Below, in pieces: positions 30,203-39,713 of a stretch of DNA of 64,000 bases. The DNA is from a virus. The translations under genes were made by a program, and so were the position numbers. Within the stretch, counting starts at the first letter, position 1. The number at the start of each line of letters is the position of its first letter. The stretch spans positions 55,720 to 119,719 of the IMG/VR virus record IMGVR_UViG_3300032294_002363. One strand, 5' to 3'. The notes under the pieces were generated by a model. It saw nothing but the letters and a program-made list of their open reading frames with translations. It was not told where the DNA came from and did not search any database.

Positions 30203-30700
30203 TTAAGCTAAATTATGTTCTTTTTTAGTTTTTTCTGGAATAGCGGCTACAAACTCTGGACCTTTACTTTTAGCTTTATTGTATAATTTTTTAATAAAAG
30301 TATCATATGTCATATTACCAGACATACGGCCATAATTACTAATAGCGTCTCTTACATCTTGTGGGCTAACAATTGGAAAGCTACGGTTTTCTGGAAAAAG
30401 AAAATCACTATCTTTTAATTCACTTCTTGTTTTACCTTTATATGTTTTTTGATAGGCTTCTGTCTCTGAAATATCAACCTCAAGAATTTCTTGTTTATTG
30501 GAATTATTTTGTGTGTTTAAATCTGGATTTTTGATATCTAATTCAATCTCTGCTTTAGCTTTTTTTTGAGGTCCGCGGTAGGTATTTAAACAAATTGCAA
30601 CCTTTTGTTTTTGTGGATATTTTTCATCTTTCATGAATTCCATGCATCGACCCATGTAATCGCCCTCTTTTTCATTCTTTTTCTTTTGAGGGATAGGCAT
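30203..30700 (-). CDS. Hypothetical modular basic protein (probable virion/head-associated); start moved to ATG at 30700
   Basis: Modules EKEGDYMGRCM..QKVAIC and RSELKDSDFLFPENRSFPI; the track start at 30715 coincides with a GTGTAT motif. Confidence 0.6.
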   Translation of the reverse strand: MPIPQKKKNEKEGDYMGRCMEFMKDEKYPQKQKVAICLNTYRGPQKKAKAEIELDIKNPDLNTQNNSNKQEILEVDISETEAYQKTYKGKTRSELKDSDFLFPENRSFPIVSPQDVRDAISNYGRMSGNMTYDTFIKKLYNKAKSKGPEFVAAIPEKTKKEHNLA

Positions 30701-30802
30701 ATATAGTATATACACATAAAATTATTTAAACTAGAAATGTGTCATTTTGTCCATGATGAGTTAAATTATAATCTAAATGTAAGGCTCCATCCTTGGACGT
30801 AA

Positions 30803-30808
30803 GTGTAA
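30803..30808 (+). promoter_or_regulatory. GTGTAA motif (putative phage promoter)
   Basis: 9 nt upstream of the 30818 ATG. Confidence 0.45.
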
Positions 30809-30817
30809 TACTTTTAT

Positions 30818-30892
30818 ATGACACTCTCTTCTTGGTTAATCTGTGGTGCGGTTTTAATTTATGTACTTTATTTAAAAGAGAGAATTAAATAA
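30818..30892 (+). CDS. 24-aa single-TM peptide, opposite strand to its neighbours
   Basis: MTLSSWLICGAVLIYVLYLKERIK; preceded by GTGTAA; lies in an intergenic gap. Confidence 0.5.
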   Translation: MTLSSWLICGAVLIYVLYLKERIK

Positions 30893-30894
30893 AA

Positions 30895-31353
30895 TTATTT
30901 TAATTTAGATCTTTTGCCGCCAAGTTTTAATTGTTTTCTTAGATTAATAATCCTGCGTTGCTGTGGAGATATACTAGGAGTTGGTGATCCTCCAGATGAT
31001 ACAGTTGGCGCAGGTAAATAAGTAGAACCACCCCAAGGGCCACTTACCGTAGAGAAAATTAATCCAATAGGGCAATCTGGTAGTGAACTTGTAGCTGTAA
31101 TATATGTTTCATATATGATTTGTATACCAAAAAAAGGTATGTTATCTACTATTACCCAAGCCGCAGCAATACCCGGAGGATTATAGTTGTTTGACACGCC
31201 TATATAGGGCTGTGAATTCATATTTCCATCTTTGGTAAATCTTGTAAATAGCACGCCATTTACTGTTTCAGTACCAGCAGACACATATGTACCATTTGCA
31301 CTGGCGAGTCCTGCTCCAGCTACTATAACAGTAGTTTGATTACATGTTGCCAT
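30895..31353 (-). CDS. Hypothetical protein with Pro/Ser linker and basic tail
   Basis: 152 aa; GTGTAA at 31363-31368, 9 nt upstream. Confidence 0.65.
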   Translation of the reverse strand: MATCNQTTVIVAGAGLASANGTYVSAGTETVNGVLFTRFTKDGNMNSQPYIGVSNNYNPPGIAAAWVIVDNIPFFGIQIIYETYITATSSLPDCPIGLIFSTVSGPWGGSTYLPAPTVSSGGSPTPSISPQQRRIINLRKQLKLGGKRSKLK

Positions 31354-31369
31354 ATAGAATATTTACACC

Positions 31370-31645
31370 TTATTTATCAAGATAATCTTTAATGTCTTTT
31401 ATTAATTGTCTTCTTTTTCTGCGCTCTAAAGCGGTAACATAAAGAGCTAAAGAGATCGGAAAAAAGATCCTAAGAAAAAATCCCAAATGGTGCTCTTTAG
31501 TAAGAAGATCAAAATGATTAAGGTAAAGATCGCTGAGTCCGTAAATTGTAAACAAAATAGCTGGAATAAAAACAATAAAAAAGAACTTCTCGTAATGCTC
31601 AAGATTATTCCACCAATCCTTTAATTTTTTGATAGTATCCAACAT
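31370..31645 (-). CDS. Two-TM membrane protein
   Basis: Two hydrophobic segments, basic C-terminus. Confidence 0.6.
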   Translation of the reverse strand: MLDTIKKLKDWWNNLEHYEKFFFIVFIPAILFTIYGLSDLYLNHFDLLTKEHHLGFFLRIFFPISLALYVTALERRKRRQLIKDIKDYLDK

Positions 31646-31806
31646 ACAAAGAAGATTACAGCAAGAACCGAAAACCAGAAGATATTTCTTTTCTTATTTT
31701 GTCTTTTATGGTACTTCCAAAATTCAGCTATAAATTGTTCAGTATTATTACAAGATGGCGCTATTAATTTAACATCTCTTATTAATTTAGTTACTCTCTT
31801 ATCCAT
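31621..31806 (-). CDS. Small membrane protein
   Basis: C-terminal hydrophobic helix after a basic patch. Confidence 0.45.
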   Translation of the reverse strand: MDKRVTKLIRDVKLIAPSCNNTEQFIAEFWKYHKRQNKKRNIFWFSVLAVIFFVCWILSKN

Positions 31807-32321
31807 GCTTTAGTTCTTTCTGCATCATCATCTATTAATATACTATTAAAAACTATGGCTTTGTATTTTTCTTCTATCCATTTGGTGATTCTTATTTGAT
31901 ACTCTGCTCTATTACCCGCAAGACCAACTGGCATTGTGCCATAATTACTATCATAAACCCAAAGCATACCTTTATGTTCGAAAACGCAAATTGCATGTCC
32001 TCTATGCTGAGGTATAGATACTTTATACTCTATTAAAGTCTTATCAAAAATAACTGAAACATTATTTAATTCATCTGTATAATGAAATTGAAAAGCAAAA
32101 ATTTGAGCCCATGTATTTTCTTGAGATAATAGATAGTTAGCGTTAGATGCGAAGACAACGGAATCAATAAAACAAGAATTAGGCAATTTTGATATGCTAT
32201 GATTTTTTGCTAAATTAAATCCTATATTAAGAGAATAATAAGCTATTGCCCCATTTATTAAAAGCACTAATGTTAATTTGCTTTTCCATCCAAACCAAGC
32301 AAAGAATCTTTTGATATTCAC
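31791..32321 (-). CDS. Membrane-anchored protein with possible papain/transglutaminase-like Cys-His-Asp triad
   Basis: N-terminal TM; NSCFIDS, RGHAIC, WVYDSN; GTGTAA at 32335-32340 and GGAG SD. Confidence 0.45.
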   Translation of the reverse strand: MNIKRFFAWFGWKSKLTLVLLINGAIAYYSLNIGFNLAKNHSISKLPNSCFIDSVVFASNANYLLSQENTWAQIFAFQFHYTDELNNVSVIFDKTLIEYKVSIPQHRGHAICVFEHKGMLWVYDSNYGTMPVGLAGNRAEYQIRITKWIEEKYKAIVFNSILIDDDAERTKAWIRE

Positions 32322-32359
32322 CTTCTCCTATAGATTACACACAGGAGATTATGTTCAAT

Positions 32360-33724
32360 TTATTTTTTATTTCTATAATCTTGAAGACAAGATTGAAATT
32401 TAGCTTTATCGTCGCCTTGCTTTGTTGGAATACATTGTTTTAAGAAATCATTAAATTTTTGACCTTCAGTTACCATCATGCCTTTGTACTCTTCATCATC
32501 TTCCATATTATATTTCTCTTCTTTTTCATCGTCTTCCTTATCGCTTTCGTCTTCTATTTCGTCTTCTGAAGCTTTACTTTTACAATGTTGTTTTTGACTA
32601 AAACCTTTTGGATTGTTACAATCTATACTTCTTTTATATTTCATGCTCCATTTGGCTTCTATTTTTTCTAATTGAATTTCTGTTTTGCCTAAAATATCAC
32701 CTTTTTTCCAAGTCATTCCTTCGTTTGTGCATTCATAAACTATTGCATATCCTATGTCTTCTAGAATTCCTTGAGATTGACCCTCGACGCGAATACCAAG
32801 ATCTAAAATTTCTTTAACTACTCCTTCGCTGCCATAGTGCTTGCAACTAGGATTAATATTTTTTACTTTGTCGCCAACTTTAAACATTGTAGAGGCTTCC
32901 GATTCTTCCATTTCATTCTCTTCCATCTCCTCATCTTCTTTATTAAACATTACATAATTATGAATAGTAATCATATAATCTTCAGCAAGAATTGCCATTT
33001 GTTGCAAAAATGGTTCTGTAAGATTTTCTTTTACCATTGGATCATTTAGTTTATCTATTACATTTTTTGAATGTTGGTATATAGAATTAATTGAACCAAC
33101 TATCATTCCATAAAAATCTTCTTTATAATCTTCGAATTCATCTTCAACATCTTCTACTTCCTCGACTTGGGCCAATGTTTTATCTTCTAGAAATATAATT
33201 TGATCAAATTCTGTTTCGCCATCCCATTCGTATTCTTCGTTTAAATAATCACTAGCTTGGGCTTTTTTAATAGCTTCTTGGGTTGGACGATCTTTAGAGC
33301 CTTCTGGTGCTGGACGATAATTTTTACCCATTCTTTTCTTTTTTTGTTGTATATTGTACCAAAGACCTTTACCTTTGGCTTGGACTTCTGCTTCTAAGGT
33401 AATCTCTTCTTCGCTACCTTTTGTATAATCTGTAACTGATTTTTTAGCTTCCCACATCTTGCAAGACCAATATCTTGCTTTCCATTTTGGTCCACGATTG
33501 TCATCGCAAGAATGACGAGAACGAAATGCTTTACGGCGAGCTGGATTATTTCTTTTAATAGACATATTTGGATCGCCAAACTTGACCATCACAATATTAC
33601 CTTTATCATTCTTTACATAAACACCAAACTTCTTTTTGCTCCCTTTGGGAAGGCGGAATGGTTTATTAAGTGGAGCTTTGCCTTTTTTGGCTGCTTTTAA
33701 TTGATCTGTAAAGTCTATTTCCAT
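32360..33724 (-). CDS. Multi-module phage protein (short basic modules with acidic spacers), probable virion protein
   Basis: Modules PLNKPFRL..KFGDPNM..KARYWSC, GLWYNIQQK, FKVGDKVKNINPSC, KWSMKYKRSIDCNNPKGFSQKQHC; GTGTAA at 33737-33742. Confidence 0.65.
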   Translation of the reverse strand: MEIDFTDQLKAAKKGKAPLNKPFRLPKGSKKKFGVYVKNDKGNIVMVKFGDPNMSIKRNNPARRKAFRSRHSCDDNRGPKWKARYWSCKMWEAKKSVTDYTKGSEEEITLEAEVQAKGKGLWYNIQQKKKRMGKNYRPAPEGSKDRPTQEAIKKAQASDYLNEEYEWDGETEFDQIIFLEDKTLAQVEEVEDVEDEFEDYKEDFYGMIVGSINSIYQHSKNVIDKLNDPMVKENLTEPFLQQMAILAEDYMITIHNYVMFNKEDEEMEENEMEESEASTMFKVGDKVKNINPSCKHYGSEGVVKEILDLGIRVEGQSQGILEDIGYAIVYECTNEGMTWKKGDILGKTEIQLEKIEAKWSMKYKRSIDCNNPKGFSQKQHCKSKASEDEIEDESDKEDDEKEEKYNMEDDEEYKGMMVTEGQKFNDFLKQCIPTKQGDDKAKFQSCLQDYRNKK

Positions 33725-33741
33725 ATCTTTTATGTATTACA

Positions 33742-34572
33742 CTAATTTATATCTATTAATTCACCATTTTCCCAAGTAGGATTGCCTCGTGGATTAAGTC
33801 CTAAATAATAGAGAATCTTGTAAACTTTTTTTGCTATTAATTTCTTATCTCCATTTTTAGCTCCCCAGATATGAATATATCCATTTTCTTCAGATTTTGA
33901 TTCGAACTCTAATTCGCTACTATATAAATAAGTTATCTTTTTGTTCTCATAATCCGCCATAAGTGTCATAAAATATTGTTCATATAAAACAGAAGGTTGC
34001 CAACTATATTCAAATATTGTTTCTCGAATATATTTTAAATTAGCTAAATCTAGGGCAAGATTAACTGATTCATCTGAATATTTTTTTATAAAATCAAAAT
34101 CATTTCCACCAAATATACCCATATTTGCAGCATTTTTTATTCTACTATTAGCCATAAAACCTAGATTGGGTAATTCTAAGTGAAATTTATCTAAACCATA
34201 AAGATTATTAATTTCTCGTTCTAAATGTTGAGCTATAATTTTACTATTATGTATATCTTCGTTCAGTTTCTTTGTAAGGAAAACGTCGTGATCTATATGA
34301 ATAAATGGTTCCTTTTTTTCCGCAATCAAACCATAAGCTCTAATTTTTCCAAGTCCCCAAATCACTCCAACATATTTAGGCAAGTCTTCTAGAGAAGTAT
34401 CTACTTTATCAAATTTAATATCTTTTAAGAATTCTGCTCCATATTTATCAGTAATTAAATTTACATTTTCATAATTCTTTTTTAAATAGTAGGCAGAGAG
34501 TTTATATAAGTTATAATCAAAATAATCTTTTTTATGATATCCTGGACTCCAACATGAAAGATAAGTTTTCAA
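33742..34572 (-). CDS. DUF6734-like putative glycosyltransferase (DxD)
   Basis: WGLGKIRAY, PFIHIDHDVFL, NMGIFGG, EQY, YIHIWG. Confidence 0.55.
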   Translation of the reverse strand: MKTYLSCWSPGYHKKDYFDYNLYKLSAYYLKKNYENVNLITDKYGAEFLKDIKFDKVDTSLEDLPKYVGVIWGLGKIRAYGLIAEKKEPFIHIDHDVFLTKKLNEDIHNSKIIAQHLEREINNLYGLDKFHLELPNLGFMANSRIKNAANMGIFGGNDFDFIKKYSDESVNLALDLANLKYIRETIFEYSWQPSVLYEQYFMTLMADYENKKITYLYSSELEFESKSEENGYIHIWGAKNGDKKLIAKKVYKILYYLGLNPRGNPTWENGELIDIN

Positions 34573-34575
34573 TTT

Positions 34576-36507
34576 TTATTCAAAATGGCGGACTGCATAT
34601 TTTGGACTAATTAATCTATACTTATTACCAGTAATAATTTTGCCAGATGGGTAATCTGCAAAATCGCTATCACCGAAACTATTTTGATATTTTTTAAGAT
34701 TAAAATCATTAGTAATTCCAGCAAAAATCCAAGTGCTGTTAAATGTGATTTGCCTAACTCCTGTATCTCTAAGAATCCAAGAAGGAGCAGCGCCATTTAA
34801 TGTATTATTTAATGTATTACTACAATAAAGATTACCAGAATTATCTAAAATATAAATTACTGCGCCTAATGGATATGTATTATTATAAAGAACGATATTA
34901 TTAATATTCTCTTTTGTTAATGAATTTGGGATTTCGTGTTGATGCCTTCCGCCGAGAATATATTGAATTTCAATTTTACTATCTTGTTTTAAGATAACTG
35001 GATTGTTGGGATTATCTCCAAACATATTGTATGCTCCAGTGGCATATAGAGTATATTCATCATATGTTTGATTAATTGCTGTCAATGTACTAAGTGTGTT
35101 ATAATTATCAAATTTTACTGGACTAGAAGAAGCATTTGCTTGAATTTTATAAATTTTACCGTCGTTATATATTTCATAATAATAAGGATATGGTCCGCTT
35201 AAAAGTTTCTTAGGGACTCTACTAGATTTATAATTTGCTGTATAAAAATAAAATCCAGTTTGATCGTTATATTTTTGAATTGCTGCTATCCCTGCGTCAT
35301 CTTCATTATGAGTTTCTGCAACAGAAATAAAATCTGGGATAGTGGATGTTCCGCCTCCTCCTAAATTATAATCTCTAGCTAAATATATTCGAGTACTAGA
35401 ATTAATACTATACTGTTGTGGTCGTAAATATGCTGGGTTTAGAACAGAATAATTTTCACCTTGTTCAGTTATTCCACTTGGTGGGAAAATAATAAAATAA
35501 TTGTTCCCTCCAAAATTAACTATATTTTGAATTTCTGTTGAAATTAATGGTCTATTCATTGTTGTCTTTAATAAATAATTACCATATGGTTCAAATCTAT
35601 CTTCAGCATAATCCCAAATTATTTTATCTGCATCTTCTGTTATATAATCAAGAACATTTATTCCTACTGCTCCACCTGATCCACCGCTAGATCCGCTACC
35701 TGATCCACCACCAGAACTTTCTGTCGAATCTGCATTTTGTATTTTTAATTCTATTGGTGTCTTATATAAAATATCTGCTCGATACCATTTTTTAGTTGGA
35801 ATAAAACTAGTTCCAGTATAGTTATTATAATACATGATGTCATTCTCTGCATCATAAAGACACCAGATGTCATTTCTTTTGTATTTAATCCAATTTGTTC
35901 TAAATTTTCCACTTAGATCATTTCCATTCTCATCTTTAATAAATGAAGCGGGATAGTACCCTCTTGAATCTGATGTATTTGAAAGTTGTGAAGAATCAGA
36001 TAAATAATTAGCGCTTTCTTCGCCTTTAAATATAACAAATTTATTGCCAAAATATCCTCCTAAGCCTTGTCCATAAATAAATCTAACACTAGTATGTGTT
36101 CCGCCACTGCTTGATGTGTTTATTGTAACAAAATTATATTTAGTAGAGCTAATGAAAGATATTGCTTTACCATTTGTAATGCTAAAACCCGAGTCATCAT
36201 ATATATTTATTAAATTATAATCTTCTTCTGATTCTGCAATTAAAGATGCTTCGATTTTTTGTTCAATTTTTTTTACAACAACAATATTTACTTTTTGTTC
36301 TGATCTTTTAACTTTATTTTCTATTTTTTTTGTTTTTAATTCTATTCTCTGCGTTTTTTCTGTTATGACTTGAGCATTAGTTACTGGATCTGATTGTAGA
36401 TTAGTTTTTTCTGCTGTTAAAGCAGTAACTTCTGCAAGAATATTTTTAATTTCAGTTACTTTTGAAACTATTCTACTAACAAACGATCTTTTACTAGCGC
36501 GAGCCAT
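34576..36507 (-). CDS. Hypothetical virion-like protein with N-terminal coiled coil and Gly/Ser linker
   Basis: 643 aa; SSGGGSGSGSSGGSGG linker. Confidence 0.6.
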   Translation of the reverse strand: MARASKRSFVSRIVSKVTEIKNILAEVTALTAEKTNLQSDPVTNAQVITEKTQRIELKTKKIENKVKRSEQKVNIVVVKKIEQKIEASLIAESEEDYNLINIYDDSGFSITNGKAISFISSTKYNFVTINTSSSGGTHTSVRFIYGQGLGGYFGNKFVIFKGEESANYLSDSSQLSNTSDSRGYYPASFIKDENGNDLSGKFRTNWIKYKRNDIWCLYDAENDIMYYNNYTGTSFIPTKKWYRADILYKTPIELKIQNADSTESSGGGSGSGSSGGSGGAVGINVLDYITEDADKIIWDYAEDRFEPYGNYLLKTTMNRPLISTEIQNIVNFGGNNYFIIFPPSGITEQGENYSVLNPAYLRPQQYSINSSTRIYLARDYNLGGGGTSTIPDFISVAETHNEDDAGIAAIQKYNDQTGFYFYTANYKSSRVPKKLLSGPYPYYYEIYNDGKIYKIQANASSSPVKFDNYNTLSTLTAINQTYDEYTLYATGAYNMFGDNPNNPVILKQDSKIEIQYILGGRHQHEIPNSLTKENINNIVLYNNTYPLGAVIYILDNSGNLYCSNTLNNTLNGAAPSWILRDTGVRQITFNSTWIFAGITNDFNLKKYQNSFGDSDFADYPSGKIITGNKYRLISPKYAVRHFE

Positions 36508-36519
36508 GTTCTGGCTCCA

Positions 36520-37017
36520 TTAACTTCTTTCCCAGCTAATATAGTTTGGGGTTGCGCCAGAAACACTAACTACGCCAGTATAAGCTTGGTCAGAAAGACT
36601 TCCGCCATCACCAGCATTAGAAGCTGTGTTTGCGGCTAATACAAAATTAAATGAAGAACTACTTGCATTTGTTCCATATTTTACATAAAGAACACCAGTA
36701 GCAAGATTTTGAACAAACAATTCTAAGCGATTTTCATTAGCAAGTAAAATTGCACCATTTGAACCGCTTGCTGTACTATTAGATATTGAAGAACTCTGGA
36801 TAGGAGAAGTTGAAACATTATCAAGATTTTTATCTAAGTTCGCTTGATAAACTGTTATTCCAGAAGGAATATTTGCTCCTGTAACAAAAATATTAGATAG
36901 TAAGCCTTCGATTCCATCGATCTTGCTAAAATCAAGAGCTTGAAATCCAGTAATATCGCTATTGTATACTAAACTAATTCTTTTCTCTGTAACGTCTGTA
37001 GAAGTAATATTTGACAT
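36520..37017 (-). CDS. Hypothetical structural protein, paralog of 38755..39255
   Basis: Shared RxExxxQNL..xYVKxG..SFNxxL..YTGxV..WER; GTGTAA at 37029-37034. Confidence 0.65.
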   Translation of the reverse strand: MSNITSTDVTEKRISLVYNSDITGFQALDFSKIDGIEGLLSNIFVTGANIPSGITVYQANLDKNLDNVSTSPIQSSSISNSTASGSNGAILLANENRLELFVQNLATGVLYVKYGTNASSSSFNFVLAANTASNAGDGGSLSDQAYTGVVSVSGATPNYISWERS

Positions 37018-37059
37018 AGCATCTAATATTACACTTTAAAAATTAAAAATATTAAAAAA

Positions 37060-38706
37060 TTATCTAGTTTCTCGCCATTGTAAGCTTGCAAAAGTATTGC
37101 TTGAATTAGTTCCAATTCCAGATCCAACTATAACAAAAACATTACTATTTGTGCTATCAATATTTTGACTAATATAACCTCTTTTTGCGCTTGATAAAGT
37201 TTGTATTTGAGATTGAGAACTAAATTTTCCTGCCCCTTGACCTCCAGCAATACAATATCCAGCATCTATTAACATACCACTACTTAAATTAACACTTGTT
37301 GCACTAATATTATATTGAACAACGCTTTCATCGTTTACGCTTACCCAAGTTCCGCCAACTATTTGACCAGTACTTGGAATTCTCCAAAGTTCATAAGTTA
37401 CTGCATCTACAGCTGTATAAATATTAGCCATGTTTGGTCTAACAACGCTTCGGTTTGGTTTACCATAATATCCAGTCTTTAGTGCTATTGCGATTAGTGG
37501 AAGTTGGCTAGTTGTGGCTACTGATCTTGCTGTAAGATTTCTTGCTGCAAAATCTACTCCTGCTTCACTGTATCCACCTTCACTCATTACTGTAGCGCAA
37601 ATTTGATCCATAGTATCTGTTCCAACTGCTACAGCGTAATTTCTAATTTCACATCTAACTGGAAGATTTGGGTTACTCCAATAAACGGTTGGTTTGTTAT
37701 TGCTATTATAAAATTCATGAGCAATTACTGATTCACCATCATGTATAAAACCAGCTCGTAGTCTTCCTACCCCTAACCATTGAAAATCTGCAGTAAATAA
37801 TTGTGTTTTTGTTCGATCTAAATTAAATTGAGAAATTCCACTTCCATTACATTTATCAATATTCCAATTATTTTGAGTAATTCTTTGATCATATACAGTA
37901 CCAGAAACATTATTTCTTAAAACAAAAGATAAAGTACCATCTCCACTTTGTTCAAAAAATATACCATTATAATCATCAAAAAGACCAATCCTTTTATTTG
38001 TGCCAGCTCTATATCCTGTAAAATTAAAACTTTGAAAAGTCAATTGACTTTTTCCTGGCATGTAGTGATGATACATTCTGCTTTGGTGAATTGTAAAATC
38101 ATTAGCTCCAGTTCCAACTTGTAGTATTGCTTTTGCTTGATCGATATTAAATGTTATATTAGAATTTGTACCACTAGTTTTAGTTAATAATTCTGTTTCT
38201 TCTCCATAAACGTGAGAATAATCTGCAAGAGTAAATGGATTTGATATTCTTTGGCGACCAAATGCATCTATTTGAGCAGATTGTGCTGAAAAATTAGTTA
38301 CATTAACATCAACTGGATTGATTACAGATAAATTTCCAGTTACATTTTGAATCGCTGGAAAGTTTACAACAGATACATTTCCAGTAATGTTACCAGTTAC
38401 ATTTTGAATTGCTGGGAAATTATTTACTAAAATTCCAGTTACTCCAGAAACTGTTGCAACATAAAGTGGGTCTGCTGGATGATTATGTACGTCTACTGTG
38501 TCTGCTACTGTTAAACTACCACCAGTTACATTAACTTGTACTGTACTAACTCCAGTTAGATGAACTTCTATTCCTCCTCTTAAAAGAGATTCAATATCAT
38601 CTAATTTACTAAAATCTAATGGTTGATAATATCCGCTTTCGCTGTTATATACAAATGATATTCTTTTTTCTGTTGAATCTTGGGTATTAAAAAAATTATT
38701 ATCCAT
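37060..38706 (-). CDS. Hypothetical structural (fibre/spike-like) protein
   Basis: N-terminus TEKRISFVYNS..LDFSKLDDIESLL shared with 36520..37017; internal NFPAIQNVTGN duplication; GTGTAA at 38716-38721. Confidence 0.65.
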   Translation of the reverse strand: MDNNFFNTQDSTEKRISFVYNSESGYYQPLDFSKLDDIESLLRGGIEVHLTGVSTVQVNVTGGSLTVADTVDVHNHPADPLYVATVSGVTGILVNNFPAIQNVTGNITGNVSVVNFPAIQNVTGNLSVINPVDVNVTNFSAQSAQIDAFGRQRISNPFTLADYSHVYGEETELLTKTSGTNSNITFNIDQAKAILQVGTGANDFTIHQSRMYHHYMPGKSQLTFQSFNFTGYRAGTNKRIGLFDDYNGIFFEQSGDGTLSFVLRNNVSGTVYDQRITQNNWNIDKCNGSGISQFNLDRTKTQLFTADFQWLGVGRLRAGFIHDGESVIAHEFYNSNNKPTVYWSNPNLPVRCEIRNYAVAVGTDTMDQICATVMSEGGYSEAGVDFAARNLTARSVATTSQLPLIAIALKTGYYGKPNRSVVRPNMANIYTAVDAVTYELWRIPSTGQIVGGTWVSVNDESVVQYNISATSVNLSSGMLIDAGYCIAGGQGAGKFSSQSQIQTLSSAKRGYISQNIDSTNSNVFVIVGSGIGTNSSNTFASLQWRETR

Positions 38707-38754
38707 TGAAGTGTATTACACCTCTATGTGCAGAATAAGTAATTTATTAATTAA

Positions 38755-39255
38755 TTAAACTCTTTCCCAAGCTATAAAACTTGGAGAGTTTGTATTACCA
38801 GTTGTAGTAACTATTCCAGTATAACTTTCATCTCTATATACTAGATTATTACCGCTAAGTAGAACATTAAAGGATGTTAATGTTGGAGAAGAGCCTAATT
38901 TAACATATACAGCTGGGGCTCCTAAATTTTGAATATAAAATTCTTTTCTGCTAGAATTAGCTGCGATTGCTGTACCATGAACAGAAGCTGGGGTATAATT
39001 AGATGCTGAACTTGTTTTTGCTGGTGTGCTAGTTACTGAATCAGTAATAGAATTCAAATCAAATTGATTAACATTTATAGATCCGCTTAGTACAGCTTGT
39101 CTTACGTCGTACATGTAAGATTCAATTTCATTGATCTTACCAAAATCAAAAGCTACTCCTGTTGTTTGTGCATCGCTATCATTTACTAAAATATTAGCTA
39201 AATCTTGATAACGATTTGGATCATTTCTATCTATTGTATTTGATGTTACACCCAT
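38755..39255 (-). CDS. Hypothetical structural protein, paralog of 36520..37017
   Basis: Shared C-terminal domain; GTGTAA at 39280-39285. Confidence 0.65.
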   Translation of the reverse strand: MGVTSNTIDRNDPNRYQDLANILVNDSDAQTTGVAFDFGKINEIESYMYDVRQAVLSGSINVNQFDLNSITDSVTSTPAKTSSASNYTPASVHGTAIAANSSRKEFYIQNLGAPAVYVKLGSSPTLTSFNVLLSGNNLVYRDESYTGIVTTTGNTNSPSFIAWERV

Positions 39256-39313
39256 GTTAATTTCCTTTGTTTCAAGTTATTACACCTAAAAAAGTTTAAT
39301 TTGAATAAAAATG

Positions 39314-39385
39314 AGCCAGAAATCGGATTCGAACCGATGACCTGCGGTTTACAAAACCGCTGCACTACCGCTGTGCTATTCTGGC
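39314..39385 (-). tRNA. tRNA-Thr(UGU), CCA not encoded
   Basis: Acceptor GCCAGAA/TTCTGGC, anticodon arm GCGGT-TTTGTAA-ACCGC, T-arm ATCGG-TTCGAAT-CCGAT. Confidence 0.95.
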
Positions 39386-39403
39386 CTATTTATTATTATT
39401 ATA

Positions 39404-39604
39404 TTATTTTTTTACTTTTTCAATTATATCTTGCTCTTTTACCCATTGAACATAAACTAAATTAACAAACACTTCATATCTAATACTATAATCCCAATTC
39501 AAATTTGCTTGTCTTATATTAATTATTTCACCAACTGCTATTTCATTATTATAAATACAAATATATTTTACTTTATCTCCAACCTTGTATTTAGGATTGC
39601 TCAT
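39404..39604 (-). CDS. Small hypothetical protein (KYKVGDKVK, SH3/KOW-like)
   Basis: 66 aa; ATGA overlap with the upstream peptide. Confidence 0.6.
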   Translation of the reverse strand: MSNPKYKVGDKVKYICIYNNEIAVGEIINIRQANLNWDYSIRYEVFVNLVYVQWVKEQDIIEKVKK

Positions 39605-39684
39605 AAGCCTAATAAGAATTTAGCTATGCCAAATATAATAATGCCGATAATAATAGTATATATGTATTCTGCGCCGTCTTTCAT
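39601..39684 (-). CDS. 27-aa single-TM peptide
   Basis: MKDGAEYIYTIIIGIIIFGIAKFLLGL; ATGA overlap downstream; GTGTAA at 39697-39702. Confidence 0.55.
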   Translation of the reverse strand: MKDGAEYIYTIIIGIIIFGIAKFLLGL

Positions 39685-39713
39685 TTACTTATTAATTTAC
39701 ACTTTTTTTAACT

